DNA of 62,288 nucleotides, the filler included, from Bipalium vagum (lineage: Eukaryota), in the NCBI GenBank assembly GCA_037834085.1. It is 3 parts of 3 records of this genome, joined end to end, with 100 filler letters (N's around TTAATTAATTAA, not from the genome) between each part and the next. Parts side by side here need not be neighbours in the genome. Positions count along the whole stretch, not along the records: positions 1 to 25,865 come from JBBMKC010170006.1; positions 25,966 to 43,101 come from JBBMKC010077344.1; 1 more part is not named here. The stretch is one strand, 5' to 3'. A program made the translations under genes and the position numbers. Of this stretch, positions 23,641 through 37,570 are shown piece by piece. The notes below the pieces were generated by a model. The model worked only from the letters and a program-made list of their open reading frames with translations. It had not been told where the DNA came from and did not search any database. Every line of letters begins with the position of its first letter. Positions within the stretch are counted from its first letter, which is position 1.

Positions 23641-24622
23641 CTTCCATCTTTCCGCCACTTGAATAATTCCGAAACGGTACTTCTCGGACCGTTTGAACTC
23701 GAGAAACTTACAGCATACATCTTTGACCCTTTCCACTGAACCGAATGTCTGCCCTCTCAGGGTATGGTGAAATAGAACTTCTATTTCCTTGAGATTCAAA
23801 TTGTTTTGTTTGGTCGTTCTGTCAATGTGCGGTTGAGTGTAATCAGGAGAGCCCGCTTTCGATTGACTAGTGCCGAGTAATGCCCCTTAAGAATAACGTA
23901 CATCCGCTGTGGTTGTTCCTATCGTACACCCTCAAAACTCAATCAATACCCAGCATGACTTGTTTCAGAAATAGGTTAAATCACTTTTTTTTTGTTAACC
24001 ATTGATTTTCTCGGGAGGCCTGCGGAGTACGACCGACTGCTCATCCTCAGTGATAATCCCAAACTAATATCAGTCGTCATTGAGGTTGACCAGTAGTTTA
24101 TTGTAGTGGTTCACTGATTGGTGAACTTGTTGGGGTGTCAATTCATTGGGAATTTCGCGAGCAGACCTTTTCCCAAAAGCAAAGTTGTGCATTTAGCGAA
24201 TGATGGTGATTTGGAAGGCATTGGTCTCTGACATCAATTGACTGGTCTTCCACAAAATTCATTCTCCCTGTTTGATGGCCTCCCAGACAGGGTTTTTAAT
24301 TGAGGATAATGTCACCTTCTTTGAAGCGATGGAACCATTCTTTTGCTGTGGTTTCAGAGGTTGTTCTTTGGTCTTCCACAATATTGATTTGCTTAGATCA
24401 CGCTTTTGCTCCAAACATGCCACGGATTATAATTTTCTCTTCTCTCATTCGAAAATTTGTGAAAAACAAATTGAACACCGTGGACAAATGAACTATAAAT
24501 AGAATCAGCGTGTCAACATTGATCCAATGGAATTAAAGCAAAAAATAATATCTTTACTCCAAAGAAATATGCACAAATCAATAATATTACATTCTAGGGG
24601 CAGAAGCTTATCAGTTACCCTC
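23640..24622 (-). mobile_element. Decayed mariner element
   Basis: TAKEWFHRFKEGD (HTH) and LRGQTFGSVERVK...GIIQVAERWK (C-terminus); 5' TIR near 24600-24622. Confidence 0.8.
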
Positions 24623-25785
24623 ATATATGACATCATTATCAAAATGACATCTGTTTCAGTTTGGGGTAAGCAACGATGATTGCACGTACTTTGAGATCAA
24701 TTTGCTTTGATTGGTATCATCTAATGGAGAACCCAAAGACGTGACTGTTGCTTGTCTTCTGGTATATATGAGAGATATTTTGGAAGTTTCTTGGAGTACA
24801 TTTTCTGCACCACTGTCTGGAAAAACAAGATCTCTCACGCAAAAGTCCTCATGTGTGATAAAGTTCAATTGTTCAGGAAAGTATTCAACGAACCATGAAA
24901 TGCCTTGCACGTTCTTCACGAATAATTCAACAAACAAGTTCCATGTGGAAGCCGAAGGACGACCAGGTTCTTTGCACAAGGAGACACACCTTTACTTGGA
25001 TTCGGTAAGCCAATGAAAAACTGCCGTTTTCGAAGGTGACTCATCACCAAGTGTCAATTTTAGACCACTCGGGCATCTTTTCTGTCTCAAAACGGAAAAT
25101 AATACCCTCACATTTTCTTTTTTGTGTCCTACGAACAACGGTACCCTCATAACGTTTGTCCAAGTCCTCTCCGCGGGCCCTCGGTGCTCTCTGTGTCGTC
25201 TCAAACTTTTTGTTTGTTTTAATTCCCATTTTCGGAAATAATTACCCATGTCCAATTAAAACAAACATTGTTATCTAATTGATCTCTCCCCAGCTCTGCG
25301 GAAATCAATTAACCTAAGGGACATTACTGTAATCTTAATTGTTCCAACAAATATCCAGCCTGGAAAGAATGGGCAAAAGAGCAAGTTCTTTTTGCACAGG
25401 AATTTATCGTTTAAACGAGAATCGAGTTTACAGGTTTCCCTGAAAGGTGCCAGCTGATTCTGCTTAGTCCTTCCTGTCTCGCTGGGACCGGGCTCATTAG
25501 CAAATGCAGACGCAAACGAGTGCCCTGAACAAAAGGCCTTCTCATAGTCGTACTGTTGACTTTAATTCTTTGCTCTCAACAAGATGAGAGGCCTCTCCTC
25601 TTCAGATTCAGCACTGAGATTTTTAACCCGTCGCGTTCATCCCCACACGTGCAAGGGTATTCTCTGCCGTTCCCATTGTCCACCTGGGAAGGCGACGACC
25701 ATCTGAAATGAAAAGAGGTCCGTCCAACCCCCTGAGAATATCTCATAATATCCTGTAATCCTGCGTTGTAACTATTTTTATGAAT

Positions 25786-25787
<2 letters not shown>

Positions 25788-25865
<78 letters not shown>
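25788..25865. repeat. (AAT)n microsatellite at contig end; further copies at 25966-26037 and 43202-43270
   Basis: Near-perfect trinucleotide runs abutting the spacers. Confidence 0.95.
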
Positions 25866-25965
25866 NNNNNNNNNNNNNNNNNNNNNNNNNNNNNNNNNNN
25901 NNNNNNNNNTTAATTAATTAANNNNNNNNNNNNNNNNNNNNNNNNNNNNNNNNNNNNNNNNNNNN
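25866..25965. other. Artificial contig spacer N44-TTAATTAATTAA-N44
   Basis: Palindromic 12-mer with stops in all six frames, flanked by 44 N each side; identical to 43102-43201. Confidence 0.97.
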
Positions 25966-26038
<73 letters not shown>

Positions 26039-26690
26039 GTGCATACTTATAAATCGGTTTCGTTTGATTTTGCCGTTATACTTTTTTCATAATAAATCTG
26101 TCCTCAGTGTGTACTCGCGGTATTTAGTTACACTCACAACACTCGTCTGCCATTATTAATTTATTACCGTGTATTGGCGGACGTTTTCTTAAATCAGCAG
26201 AAAATGTGCCACTTATTTCTGTCACAATTTATCATTAACTTTCCATTTTCAATCATAAATCTTGCCAAAGTCATCTTTTTTTACGACTCCAGATTTAAAT
26301 TGAAAACAAAGGTGTAATTATAGGGATAACTCAAGAAAGTTATCATTTAACACAAAAAACATAAATAATTAATTAAAATAATTAAAGATCGATACAATTT
26401 AAAGATAATTGTTAATATTCTTCATTTAATTAATGAACAATAAATCAATATATTCGATAAATCATTTATTTATCGCTTTTAATAAATGTATGATCAAGAT
26501 TAATCGAAAACTACAGTTTTTTCTGTCATATAGACGAAGAATCGACACCGATTATTAAGTTAAATGTCCAGAACTCAGTCGTGGCTGTTGATGTTACAGT
26601 TAATATTCTATTTTATAATATTTGCAAATGAACATTTATAGGACAATTTTAAATTTTTTAATCAAATCCTTATTTCTCAGTTAGATTAAC

Positions 26691-26926
26691 CTCATTTTCT
26701 TAGCAAGGTTTACACCAAGTTGACCAAGGCCTCCAGTGATGAGAGTTCGAGGAGGTCTGTCTTTGGAAAAATTTCGAATCACGATTTGACTTTGTCCTAT
26801 CAGTTTCTTCGAGTTGTTAAGGTTGTACATGAAGCTGTCCTTATTAAAAAAACTTAAATATTATCAGTATAATATTTAGGCACTTACAAATTTTAAGAAA
26901 ATTGGTCTTGATTTAGTTAAATACAT
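26691..26926 (-). CDS. TDH: Mitochondrial L-threonine 3-dehydrogenase, exons 1-2 (26926-26888 and 26839-26691); rest of gene not found in window
   Basis: MYLTKSRPIFLKF|DSFMYN...KDRPPRTLITGGLGQLGVNLAKKMR| matches TDH PPRVLITGGLGQLGVGLA; 48-nt GTAAGT..AG intron; basic presequence-like N-terminus. Confidence 0.88.
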
Positions 26927-28189
26927 CGATGATTTTATGATAAAAATTGTTTAAAAAATTAAAAAGTGCTCAATTTAAATTTCTAATATGATAAAGCACT
27001 TGTTTTTTTATCATTTAAACAAAACTGAAAATTGACAATTCATAAAATTATGTGGTTTTATTAAATTCTAACGGAAAGTTTAGGCAGGAAAAAACAGTGC
27101 TTGTATAAATTGTAAATTTTATTTTTTATAACTTTTAATTAGTTTATATTTGAATTCTAAGTGATGCGGAACAATATCGACTGTAGGAGATATTCAATAA
27201 AATAATGAAAGCTGAATTGAAATTAAATGAGAGCATAGTAAGCTTTCAAAAGTCAAAAGTTATGAATTTATCTGGTCCATTAAATTTATTTTATTGTTTC
27301 ACTGTTACAAAACTTTTCGGAGAAAAAAATTTAATATCATTTTGAAACTGTGGAAGACATATTAGCGTTTATCAAAGTCTTCCCGTAATGGTGTGTATTT
27401 CTTATTTTAAATATTTCAAATAGATAATAAATCAATACTTTTGGCTACATCCATTTAAGGGATATTTATTGACGAATTTAATTTCAAGTGTAAATTATGT
27501 GTTTTTTGGTTACATTTGATCCTAAATTATGAGTAACAAGGAAACAACAATTCGATTAATTTTAATATACATATGCTCAGGGTTACAGCTAAATAAATGT
27601 GTTAAGTAGAAGGTAATGAAGTGTTTGCAAAAACGCAAGGGTCTGAAAAATGGAATATTCACAAAAATATATTGATTTTAAGTAAATTTAGTATGATAAT
27701 TGTGAATTTTATGAGATATTTGGTCTCGGATAAATTAAAGCATTTAAAATAATCCTTCACTTAAAAATTATTCACCATGAATACCTAAGTCCTCTGGATA
27801 ATATATATATGGGAAGACTTTTTAAAAATTTCCTTTTCGTTTATATCTGAAAAATTGAATCAATTAATCAATTTATTTTTGTAAATATTCCGTTTTTTTC
27901 GAATAATTATGCAAAAATATCATTTAAACAGGTTGAAAATTATTTTTAAATTAACTCTTGTTATTGGTCTTCGAATAATATCGTAGATTACTTTAAAGAT
28001 ATTTCCATCTAAACATAATATATAATCAATGAAATATTATCAAAATATATTATTATATATAATAAACCAAACAATAAACAAAAATAAATGTAAATTTTAT
28101 TATTACAAGGTTTTTGTTTCTGTTTGATTGAGTTTCGTTGTATTATCTAAACTTAAAATTATTTCTTATTAAATTAAGTAACATTTAAT

Positions 28190-29000
28190 ATAACTCCGAC
28201 ACTAATAAAAAAACCTTCTCACTAATCTTTCTTATGCTTCCTTCTCCAAATACGTTCTGATTAATGCTCATCAGAAAATTCTTTATTTCTGTCTCTTTGG
28301 CTTATTTGCATTTTATGACCATTCCACATGCCTCCAATTTTATTGGTATGGACACCAGTAACAGGATTTTTATGTTACTGAACCGTTCCATATCCATATC
28401 CGTGTTTGCTAATTCCAGTATAGGCTTTCCACGTGTAAGTATAAGTGATAGATTCTGGTTTGACATGTTTTGTGGTATTTTCCAATAAAGTATTCCAGGA
28501 TCGGTCTGGTACTTTTGTTAAAAATATCTTTTTCGCCTGTTTTTTCAATACCACCGAGAACCCCTGCCTATTTAACGTGATGTCCTCGATAATATTTTCT
28601 TTTCGCCATTTTTGTTTTATCTATCTCTACTTTTATCCTTTCACCTCCAATAATAGCATCTTCGAAATCTAATGACTTGCATATTATAGTTTGAAATAAT
28701 TTCTGAAAATAGCAAACGGTTTTTGGACTTGTTTCATGCAATCCTTAGTGGATACTGCTCGCACTTTATTTAACCAGTAATATGCAATCAACAATATTTT
28801 GGAGTATTGAATACTATGGCCTTCAAAATAAGAATCTTTTCTCATTGGTACTGTCTTCTTGCATATTTTGATTCCACGCCTGAATCTTTTATTCCCCATT
28901 TTCAGATTCACGGGTTTCTGGCATTGTGGATAAATTCTTGCAATTTCTAATATATTTCTTTCGAATAGGAATTTTTGCACTTTTCTTCATTTAATAATAT
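28190..29000 (-). mobile_element. Decayed Merlin / ISXO2 (IS1016-like) transposase
   Basis: RKDSYFEGH, LIAYYWL, KVPDRS..TL, HVKPESITYTYTWKAY and NPVTGVHTNKIGGMW. Confidence 0.88.
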
Positions 29001-29099
29001 TGTTTGGGTTTTTCGACTCTCCGGAAGCTCCTATAATAATTAATTAAGTCCTTAAAATTTGATTATGTTTCTAGTGACAAATGATAATTTTGAAAAATT

Positions 29100-29520
29100 A
29101 AAACAAACGTCACTTTAGGGGTATGAGAAAGGTAAAATGTCTGAAAATCCTCTTAATGATCGTTTCTGGAAGCAGATCATAACTTGAGATGAGAAATTTA
29201 TATTCTTCTACTATTATGACTAAAAACTTCAGTGGGTATCTGTTGCTAATAAGCCGTTATGAATGCCAAAAATATAGATTTGGAGAAAAAGATTCTATTA
29301 AGTGTCTGGTGAAATTTTGAAGGATCTATTCAGTTTGAGCTGGTTTTTAGAGGTGCCTCAGTTAATGCTGAGTTGTATGCAGAGCAGTTGAAACATATCT
29401 GTGACATTTTATTGACATAATATCCAGAAAACTCAAACCTGATAATACTCCTGACCACCGTGCTCATTTTTCAATAACTCAAATTCAGAAAATGGGTGAG
29501 TTCTCAATTACTTCCAAAAT
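29100..29520 (+). mobile_element. Mariner transposase fragment
   Basis: DRFWKQIIT*DEKFIF, LSVW*NFEG and VNAELYAEQL. Confidence 0.8.
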
Positions 29521-29749
29521 GTTGTTTGATTATCTACATTCTTTACACCATCTTGCCACTTACATCTTTCTATTGTCATCATTCGGCTGATTTGCCTTGT
29601 TTTATTTTACAAGGTTTTTCTATTTTATTAATAAACTTATCGTTACGTTTAATAATATTATCATAATTTTAAATAATCCGCTGAAAAATAAAACAAAATG
29701 ACGAGCCAAGTACTTGTAGTACCTCAAGATTCAATATTTAAGTATTCTT

Positions 29750-30480
29750 GTCTGGCTGATTTAAATAAAAATCAGTTAATATGCTTGAAGAGACTGAATA
29801 AATCTTGAGGTGTTATTTTCACATTTCTCTTTCCGATTATCTCAAATAATGCATCTTCACTTCTGCAAGTAAAACACTTCCTCGAATTTTTAACTCAAAA
29901 AATGTTGTCGATGTGGTTTAACTAGGAACTATATTGTGTCAGGAAAATTAAATGACAGTATACTGATTCGATAATCAATCTTACTCATGACAATTTATGG
30001 CAAGAAACAAAGTCAGTAATTATATGTACATTGGAATTATTTCCCGCAGGACAATAGAAAATTAAATCAGTTAAAAATATCCGATAGGATCCAGTGCACC
30101 TCTTTGTAATCGAAATTAATAACATTTTCATAAATAACTGCTGCGAAAAATGAATATTCTTTGATCTGACACTGGATACGGTTTTCCTACCCTTTTCTAA
30201 AATTTCTTCTATGCTTCCATTGAAAGCATATGTGCATTTGGGTCTGGAACTGCGCTGATATGAGATGACTTATCATCTTCAGAAGAACGAAAGCTTTGTG
30301 CTTTTGATGTAAATTCTTTTCTATAAAAATAATTTTTAATAATAATAAATAATAAAGCTAAAATAACTCTTCTTGTGATGCAACAACCATTTTCGTGGGC
30401 TGGTAAGCAGTATGCCCCAATTTTACAACTATAACAAATCAGATAATTGTCTTCTTTTTCTTTTTCAATTAGTTCTAAAA
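29750..30480 (-). mobile_element. Probable decayed hAT transposase
   Basis: PDPNAHMLSM / IEEILEKGRKTVSSVRS / KMLLISITKRCTGSYRIF resemble C.AH.LNL, EK.RK.V..FR and LI.D..TRWNS.Y. Confidence 0.45.
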
Positions 30481-30519
30481 AACTTTTTAATAAAATATTC
30501 TTTAAAATTTTTGTCTAAA

Positions 30520-30920
30520 AACATTCCAAAAAGATTCATTAACATTAATTAATCTCTCTTTTGATTTGTTAAAGTTGATAAGATATATAGCTTTCATTAT
30601 ATCCAAAGTTAAAATTGCTCACTGAATACCACTTCAATCTAGATTTTTTTTGCTGAATATTTGGAAATGTATCATTATTCGTTTTTTCCTTGGTGTCGTT
30701 TTCGTTTCGTAAAAAAAATGTTTCAAGTTTCTATTCATTCCTTGATCTAAAACAGATAGAGAGATTGCAGGTTGAAATTTTTCGATTACGATGCAGTGTT
30801 TTAAATTATGAGCATGAAATTTCTATTCCTTGATCCAGGCAGTGAAGGTTGCTCTTACCATCTCGACTGACTTGCTGCTAGTGTTTTTAACTGAAAGTGT
30901 CTTCATGTTGACTACTTTTA
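30520..30920 (-). mobile_element. Tigger/pogo transposase fragment
   Basis: MVRATFTAWI, AHNLK, LSVLDQGMNRNLKHF and LDIMKAIYLI. Confidence 0.7.
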
Positions 30921-32371
30921 AACTCGGAAGGAGAATTTAAATACCCCTGCAACCAAAACCATTACGAATAGCTCTATGGAAACAATCAAAATTGATATTA
31001 AAAACAATTTCCGTTAAAAATTAAATATGGAGCACAGAATTTCTTGGTGAACAATAAAAAAATTAATGTCTGCTTTACTATTACAATATATTCTGGTTAA
31101 ATAATTATCTTAACCTCCATAAACTAATGGCTTGGCCCACTTATCCTGTTTCTTCTTGTAATTTGCAAAATAAGGTTCAATTTAAGATTGGAAGATAAAA
31201 ATGAACCCTTAGCATTACTTAAATCGCTCTAATTTAACATTATACCCTAAGTGATAGAGTAATACCAATATTTATAATTGTCATTTATTATTAGCCTTTG
31301 CATTTGTCTACTAAATTTACTTGCTTTTAAAAGGCAATCCATAAAGGAACATAGAATACACCGAAGTTAATAATTGTATCAATTGGTAACGATTCCAACA
31401 AATAAATGTAAAACTTCCTGTTAAATCTACATCATTCGGAACCTTTAATTATTCATGGTATTCTTCCTATTTTTCCAAGTCTACATAACTTTTATATTTT
31501 TAACATATCAATATCTAAAAGTCCGTTTAATAATTGAAAGTTGAAATTTTTTATATGAAAGCGAAAAGAAATTTTTAAAGTTTATAAATATTAAATGTTT
31601 TGAAATATTCATTTATAAAAATGTATATTAAAAAATATTTCAGACATAAAAATAATAGGATATATATAAAAGATTAAAACATTTTGACGGTTTTAAACTT
31701 AACTTAAAAAACTAATGAATACTTTTGTTTTAACACATTATATTCATTTCCATTTTAGAAATTCAAAATTAGTGGTTAAAATGTAATAGATTATAAATAA
31801 AAGTGATTAGGAAAATATAATGAACAAATTCGAAATGTAAGTTTAATATTCTATATCTTAATTATATATTTAATATTAAATATCTTATCCAGAGTTAAAA
31901 ATCGCTCTTTGTATTCAATACTCTTTTTGTAACAGATATATTACTATAGTTACAATCTGTTTTATTTTTTTATATTTAAAAAATATAAAATATAATATGC
32001 AAAATCTTTTACATTAATTGGACTTATTAATTTTTTTACATTTCCAACTTGATTACATAATAAATTATAATGTTTGTATGAAATATAAAACAGATTGTAA
32101 CGGTAAAAGTTGACTCTAATTTCATTATAATTTAAATAAATATATATGTTATAATATATATAAAATATATAAAAATATATATAATAATTTATTATGTATA
32201 CATTATTAATAATTCAATCAATAAAATGTCATAAAAAAACGGAAATTATTTTATTTTAGCACATTATTTTTATCCTATGAAGATGAAACTCAAAGAATTT
32301 TAATTACAGTTAATATATTCTCAAAATTCTCTTCAGCCAACATCGCAAAAGGTTTTCATTAAAAAAAAATC

Positions 32372-33561
32372 GGTACTATTGTACAAAAAAACCCTGTATA
32401 TAAAAAAACACTATACACACACTATTTTATTGCGTGTGTATATTTTAATGACTATTTTTAAAATATTTATTTATAAAAATAGGTCGACTAAGCATGGGAC
32501 CAAAAATGGAAGAATATTTCGGATCGATTGCCGAATTTCTCCCTCCACAAGAATTCCTGCGGATAATCGATATATGTCTTTGTTGTAGGTATTTAATCCA
32601 TGCGACTTTTTCATCTTCATTTTGAAGCGCTTCCACATTTTGGGTATGAGCTCCAGTTATGGGATCCACAAAATTCACAGAATGGTTTACTGTAAAGTGT
32701 TAATACCCCTGCGGCAGATTTCTAATCCCGCCTTACGAAGCCCACAGGCCTGACATGATTGTGGTACCTGTGAAAAATTTATTGCTATGAATATTTAAGA
32801 AAATTAGAATAATGTACTGCTGAATAATTGGTAGGAGAGTACTGGCATCTCGCTTATCCACGAGCACTAAAAATGAATTTCCACGTTCTTTCCCATCAAA
32901 CATCCATTAATTAGGACGTATAATTCTGCTTCTGTCATATTTTCTTTTGGAGACACATGTCTCATCAATTTCGACAATTTTTTCAATTCCTCCAATATTT
33001 TGTGAGTGACTAATCAAATATTCGGCGCATATGTCTCAAAAATATTGATTCCACTGCACTATGGATTTTTGAGATTTATGGCACCAAAGAAAATTAAGAT
33101 GTATTATTTTCTTCTTTGAAATGTGAGCATTTTCGAAGAATGTGTCCTTAAACATTGAACACGATGTCTTTGACTGTTCATTTCTCTCAGTTCCAGCGAT
33201 GACATATCCATTTCTTCACATTCCTTGACAATGTCATTGGATTTCATAGTTATGACATATTCGACTATGATGAATTAATCCCTATTAAATTTATTTTGGT
33301 AGCTGAATAATAAATTATTTTTAATTAATAATAAATATTACTTATATCTGTGATTGTCATTTTCTTCAAAGCTTCAAGTGCATTACTAGTAGCTATATTA
33401 AAAGTATTAAATTAAAATGTATTTAAATAAAAATAGTCATTAAAATATAAAATAAAATAGTTTATATATAGTGTTTTATATATACAGGGTATTTTTGTCA
33501 TTAAAATATACACACGCAATAAAATATTGTGTATATACAAGGTTTTTTGTGCAATAGTACC
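32372..33561 (-). mobile_element. Merlin element with both TIRs and an 8-bp TSD (AAAAAATC); transposase decayed
   Basis: Ends GGTACTATTG...CAATAGTACC with long imperfect inverted subterminal sequence; TSD at 32364-32371 and 33562-33569; IGGIEKIVEIDET, TVNHSVNFVDPITGAHTQNVEAL. Confidence 0.95.
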
Positions 33562-35440
33562 AAAAAATCATTAAATTATCGAGTTCATAAAGGATATTAT
33601 AATTAAAATAAAATCGATATTTCTCATGTAGAAATTATGAAAAATCAATTATTTAAAATCAATAAAATTTATTAATGTTAAGTTTTTATTTTTTCCTTAA
33701 AACATCTATGGTTTTAAATAGTAAACCACCATGGTGTTATGTTTGTTCATGAACATTGACAAAATCTGTTGTAAAATTTTGATAGATATTATTTTCCGTT
33801 TCACCCTGTTCACTTCTTAAAGATTCGAATAATACTTTCCGTTTCATCATATATGTCTCCGGCTTATTTCTTTTTATATCTTCCATTGCCTCGTTTACAA
33901 GTTTATTTAAGACATCAGACCAAAAAGATGTTGTACTGTTATTTATCAGTTGGGTTTATATGCGAGTATCGTCCGATAAGGATTAAATGACAAATTAATA
34001 AATTTAAACTTTTAAAATATTAAAATCAATATTTAAAGTAAAGTCGTCTTAAATAAGGTAAAATCGAATAAAAAATGAATCGATATAAAGTGTCAGTACA
34101 AAATCGATTATACACATTTAACTAAAACTGAATGGAATCGATATAAATAATTGATTGAGTAAACTCGTTTTGCACTAAAATATATTTTTAAAATTTGCTA
34201 TTTAATGTTCAAACCAGTTAAGAAAAATGAAATGAAAGAGCACCTAACGGTTATAAACATAAAATTCACCTCTTCGCGTGAAATCGAAGACAAATACTAA
34301 TAAATAAGAATGGGTGATTCCGAAGTGTTGATATTTTCATTATAATTTGGGGCTTAATTTAATTAATTTCTCGACAAGGTAGAACTCATTATTAAGGAAT
34401 CGATTGAGAACTTAACGGTTGGATTTTTATAAAAATCATATTCGTTTTAAAATCAAATAATAAATCAAAATAATAAATGGTTTTTAATTTATATTTGGTT
34501 CAAATATTGATTATGAAAATAACATTTAAATTTTAACTGCTGTCTCAGGATATTCTTCGTTAGCTATAAAATTAACAATAAAAGATACTTATTAATCTTA
34601 AAAATTTTGCGTTAGAAATAATGAATTGACACTGGCTTGTATAGTTCTCTGCAGTACAATTCAATTTATATGATTGGACAGTAATCTGTCAATCATGACG
34701 TTCTTTCTTGAAATAATATCAATATTATTTAATTTTAAAATATCCAGGTCATTATTCCATATAATTTATATGAAGAGATAACAAACGAATTGAAGACCAG
34801 GTTCGAACCTCAGCATTATTTTTTGGTAATCCTTCAGTTAAAAAAAGTAAAATTGATGTCATTTTCCTGAACTGCGTAAACTAAATAAAACTAAGATATT
34901 TGAATAAAAGTTGCATTTAAAATGTCTTCTTGAGGTAAGATGTCATTGGAATCAATGATCGGCGTTTTGTCACTTGGTCTTACGCGTGTGACATGATTGG
35001 TTAAATTGAAGAAAATTGAAAAAAATATGAATAATAAAAAGATATTTGATACTTTAAAATATTTAACGCTGCTTAACTAAAATATTGTCATTTGTTTTCT
35101 GTCGGTCTTAGTTTTCCAGCTGATTTGTTACGTTCTTTAGATTCTTTCTTGTGGTTTGTGAGTAATTTCTTGTGAGCCAGTGTTCATATTTTTATTATAT
35201 TACATTTTTGAAAGGTCCCTTAATGTTACTATTTTAAATTTTCTATAAATTTTATTTTACGTAAGTTAGTAACATTGCACACAATTTTTAATAATTTTCT
35301 ATAATTATTAAATTTGTTACTGATATACTTTTTTTATTATTTTATTTGTGATATTATAATTTGGATTTTTATATTTTACGTTGCATTTTATATTTTGAAT
35401 CACAGAATATAATTGAACGATTATATCTATGTAATTATAT

Positions 35441-36100
35441 ATTGGGTGACCAAAAATACCCCTGACAAATTTTAACTATAATTTTAACCAATTTTAATAA
35501 TAAGCAAAAGAAATATAAGTTGACAAATAAGAAAAATAATAATAAATGAATCATTTTGAATTTATGTATTCAATTGGTTTCGAAATGTCCACCCTTTTGG
35601 CGAATACAACTTCCCAGACGTCTTGTAAAATTTTCACCAATTGGCCGCAGCTCTTTGGGTGAAAAACAGTTCCATTCTCGACTAAGAGATTTTTCAGTGC
35701 TTCCAAATTTTGGTGATGCTTAGCACATACTCTGCTCTCCAAAATAGATCATATTCTGTAGTTCTTCGGGTTAAGATCCGGGGAGTATGGTGGCTATTCT
35801 TGAAACGTGATAAAATCCGGAAAATTGGATTTGCACCATTCCTGAGTCTTTTTGGCCTTATGGGTTGTAGCGGAGTCTTGTTGAAAAATCCATTCTTCGT
35901 TTTTAAAATGCTGTTTGTAGCAAGGAAGTAATAAAGATTCCAATATGTCCCGTTGTTTGAGCCCAGTCTCATGGGCGACTTTTCTCATGGAGAGTCTGTG
36001 ATTTCGCTTGTTCATGTTATATAAATTCATATAAATATTGTGAAATTTTTAATAAATGTAAGAATAATAACGAGGCAGACATTTGGAAAATTGTTTTCTT
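35441..36100 (-). mobile_element. Internally deleted maT/DD37D-type Tc1/mariner element
   Basis: WIFQQDSATTHKAKKTQEWCK..FPDFI, PPYSPDLNP and SILESRVCAKHH; TIR-like end at 35441. Confidence 0.85.
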
Positions 36101-36469
36101 ATTCTTTAGATAGCAAATTTTAAAAAAGAGAAAAATAATTATCGATTATTAGTGAACATTTGCAATTAAGTAGAACCAGTAAAGTTTTAGAGATTTTCAT
36201 AACTTGCGTTAATAAAAGTTAATATTAAAGAATTTAAGGCAATCATGTAAAAGTTTGATAATAATAATGAGGAAAGAAACTTCTGAGTCATTATTGATTA
36301 GAGAAAAACCAGATCAATGTACCAACTGAGGAATGCAAAAATCAATTAACTTAGTTTGTTTCCTCACATTAAGTTAGAGTTTTTTTTAAGAGGTTTTTCA
36401 TTTCAAATTAAACTTTATAAAAATTCGAACACAGTAGTAATTCAAGTACAAAATTCAAATTTTATTACA

Positions 36470-36960
36470 ATTTTTACAATGGGTTTAGTGCGGCAGCTGA
36501 AGGCAATTTCCTGATCATATTCATATAATAATTGTAGTGATACATTTTGTTATTGTACCAAGGAATACTCCAATAACATCCTTTAATATATCTTTTCTTG
36601 AAGGATCGGCTAAAATATTTCTTGCACAAAGCTTCAAATTGGAAAATATCTCTTCAATTAGGTTCATCATCGGAGAGTATGGCGGTAAAAAAAACTAATT
36701 TATGGGATGTGTTTTCAACAAGGTCCTTAACTTCATCGGTTTTGAGAATTGTGTAGCATTGTCTAAAATTTAACCAAACTTTATCATAATTTTTTCTAAT
36801 TTATGAAATAATACACGATGAAAGTCACAAAAGATATTCGATTTAACATTGGATTGTGTGATTACTTGATGAAATAAGATTCCTTCTATGTTTATAGCTG
36901 TAATTACTGTTGTATTACCTCATCTTACTATTGGAAGAATTACTCTAGCTAGACTAGTCA
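36470..36960 (-). mobile_element. Tc1/IS630-type DD34E transposase fragment
   Basis: TVITAINIEGI, ILDNA and FLPPYSPMMNLIEEIFSNLK. Confidence 0.85.
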
Positions 36961-37369
36961 AAGTAAATTGCAAAGAAAGGAAAGAAAAACTTACAAATAA
37001 AATTAAGTTTCCTGTGATGATGAGTAATTTCGATAATGACGAAGTTAGAAAAAATTGATGGTCATAGGTAATTAAAAGAATAAAATCCTAGTTAATTTAA
37101 TAAATCATTGTTTTAAATTGATTTTATTTTAGCCATTAATAATTTTAAAAATTGGAATATTTATTATATTTGAAATGAACACCTTCAAATAAAATATAAA
37201 AGTTGATCCGAAAAAGACTAAAACATGTATCAAAGTAGTATTATAATAAATAGAATTGTATACTATTGAAACTGATTTTGAAAATCTTTACAAAAATAAG
37301 TTAAATTTTAAGTTATTTATTTATATTGTTCCTGTGATTGCACTTTTTTTCAAGGTTCTTTAATTTTCA

Positions 37370-37570
37370 GATTTACCAGAATGGTCGACGATATTTTCTT
37401 TCAGAACTTCTTGTAACGTTTTCTCTGAGTTGGCTTCGACTAAAACCCTTAATTGATCTTTCATCAGGACTGATTGACGACCACAATTTTTTTTCAAATT
37501 CAAAAATCGTTTAATTTTTTGTCTTTTTAATTCTTTTCTATAATATTTACATAGTTTGCGCGGTGTTTCA
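37370..37570 (-). mobile_element. Mariner HTH fragment
   Basis: CGRQSVLMKDQLRVLVEANSEKTLQE resembles SGRP...D.D.LRALVEANP..T..E. Confidence 0.6.

Noticed and set aside
25866-25965. TTAATTAATTAA palindrome as a biological motif
   Set aside because: Identical 100-bp N-flanked six-frame-stop spacer occurs twice; it is an assembly artefact, so synteny across it is meaningless.
25788-26037. (AAT)n runs as telomeres
   Set aside because: The same microsatellite occurs internally (e.g. ~490 and ~2160); contigs probably just break at it.
27160-28020. Non-standard genetic code (TAA/TAG = Gln) making long frames here and at 38136 and 49165
   Set aside because: eIF5A and PAN copy 2 end in TAA, TGA stops and frameshifts also interrupt these regions, and C>T decay plus AT richness explains the pattern.
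33720-34940. Exon-like fragments here and at 61300-61960
   Set aside because: Splice-like signals are present, but phases could not be reconciled and no homology was recognised.
37430-37480. Hammerhead ribozyme (CTGATGA on minus strand)
   Set aside because: No stem II or GAAA core; the sequence is mariner coding DNA.
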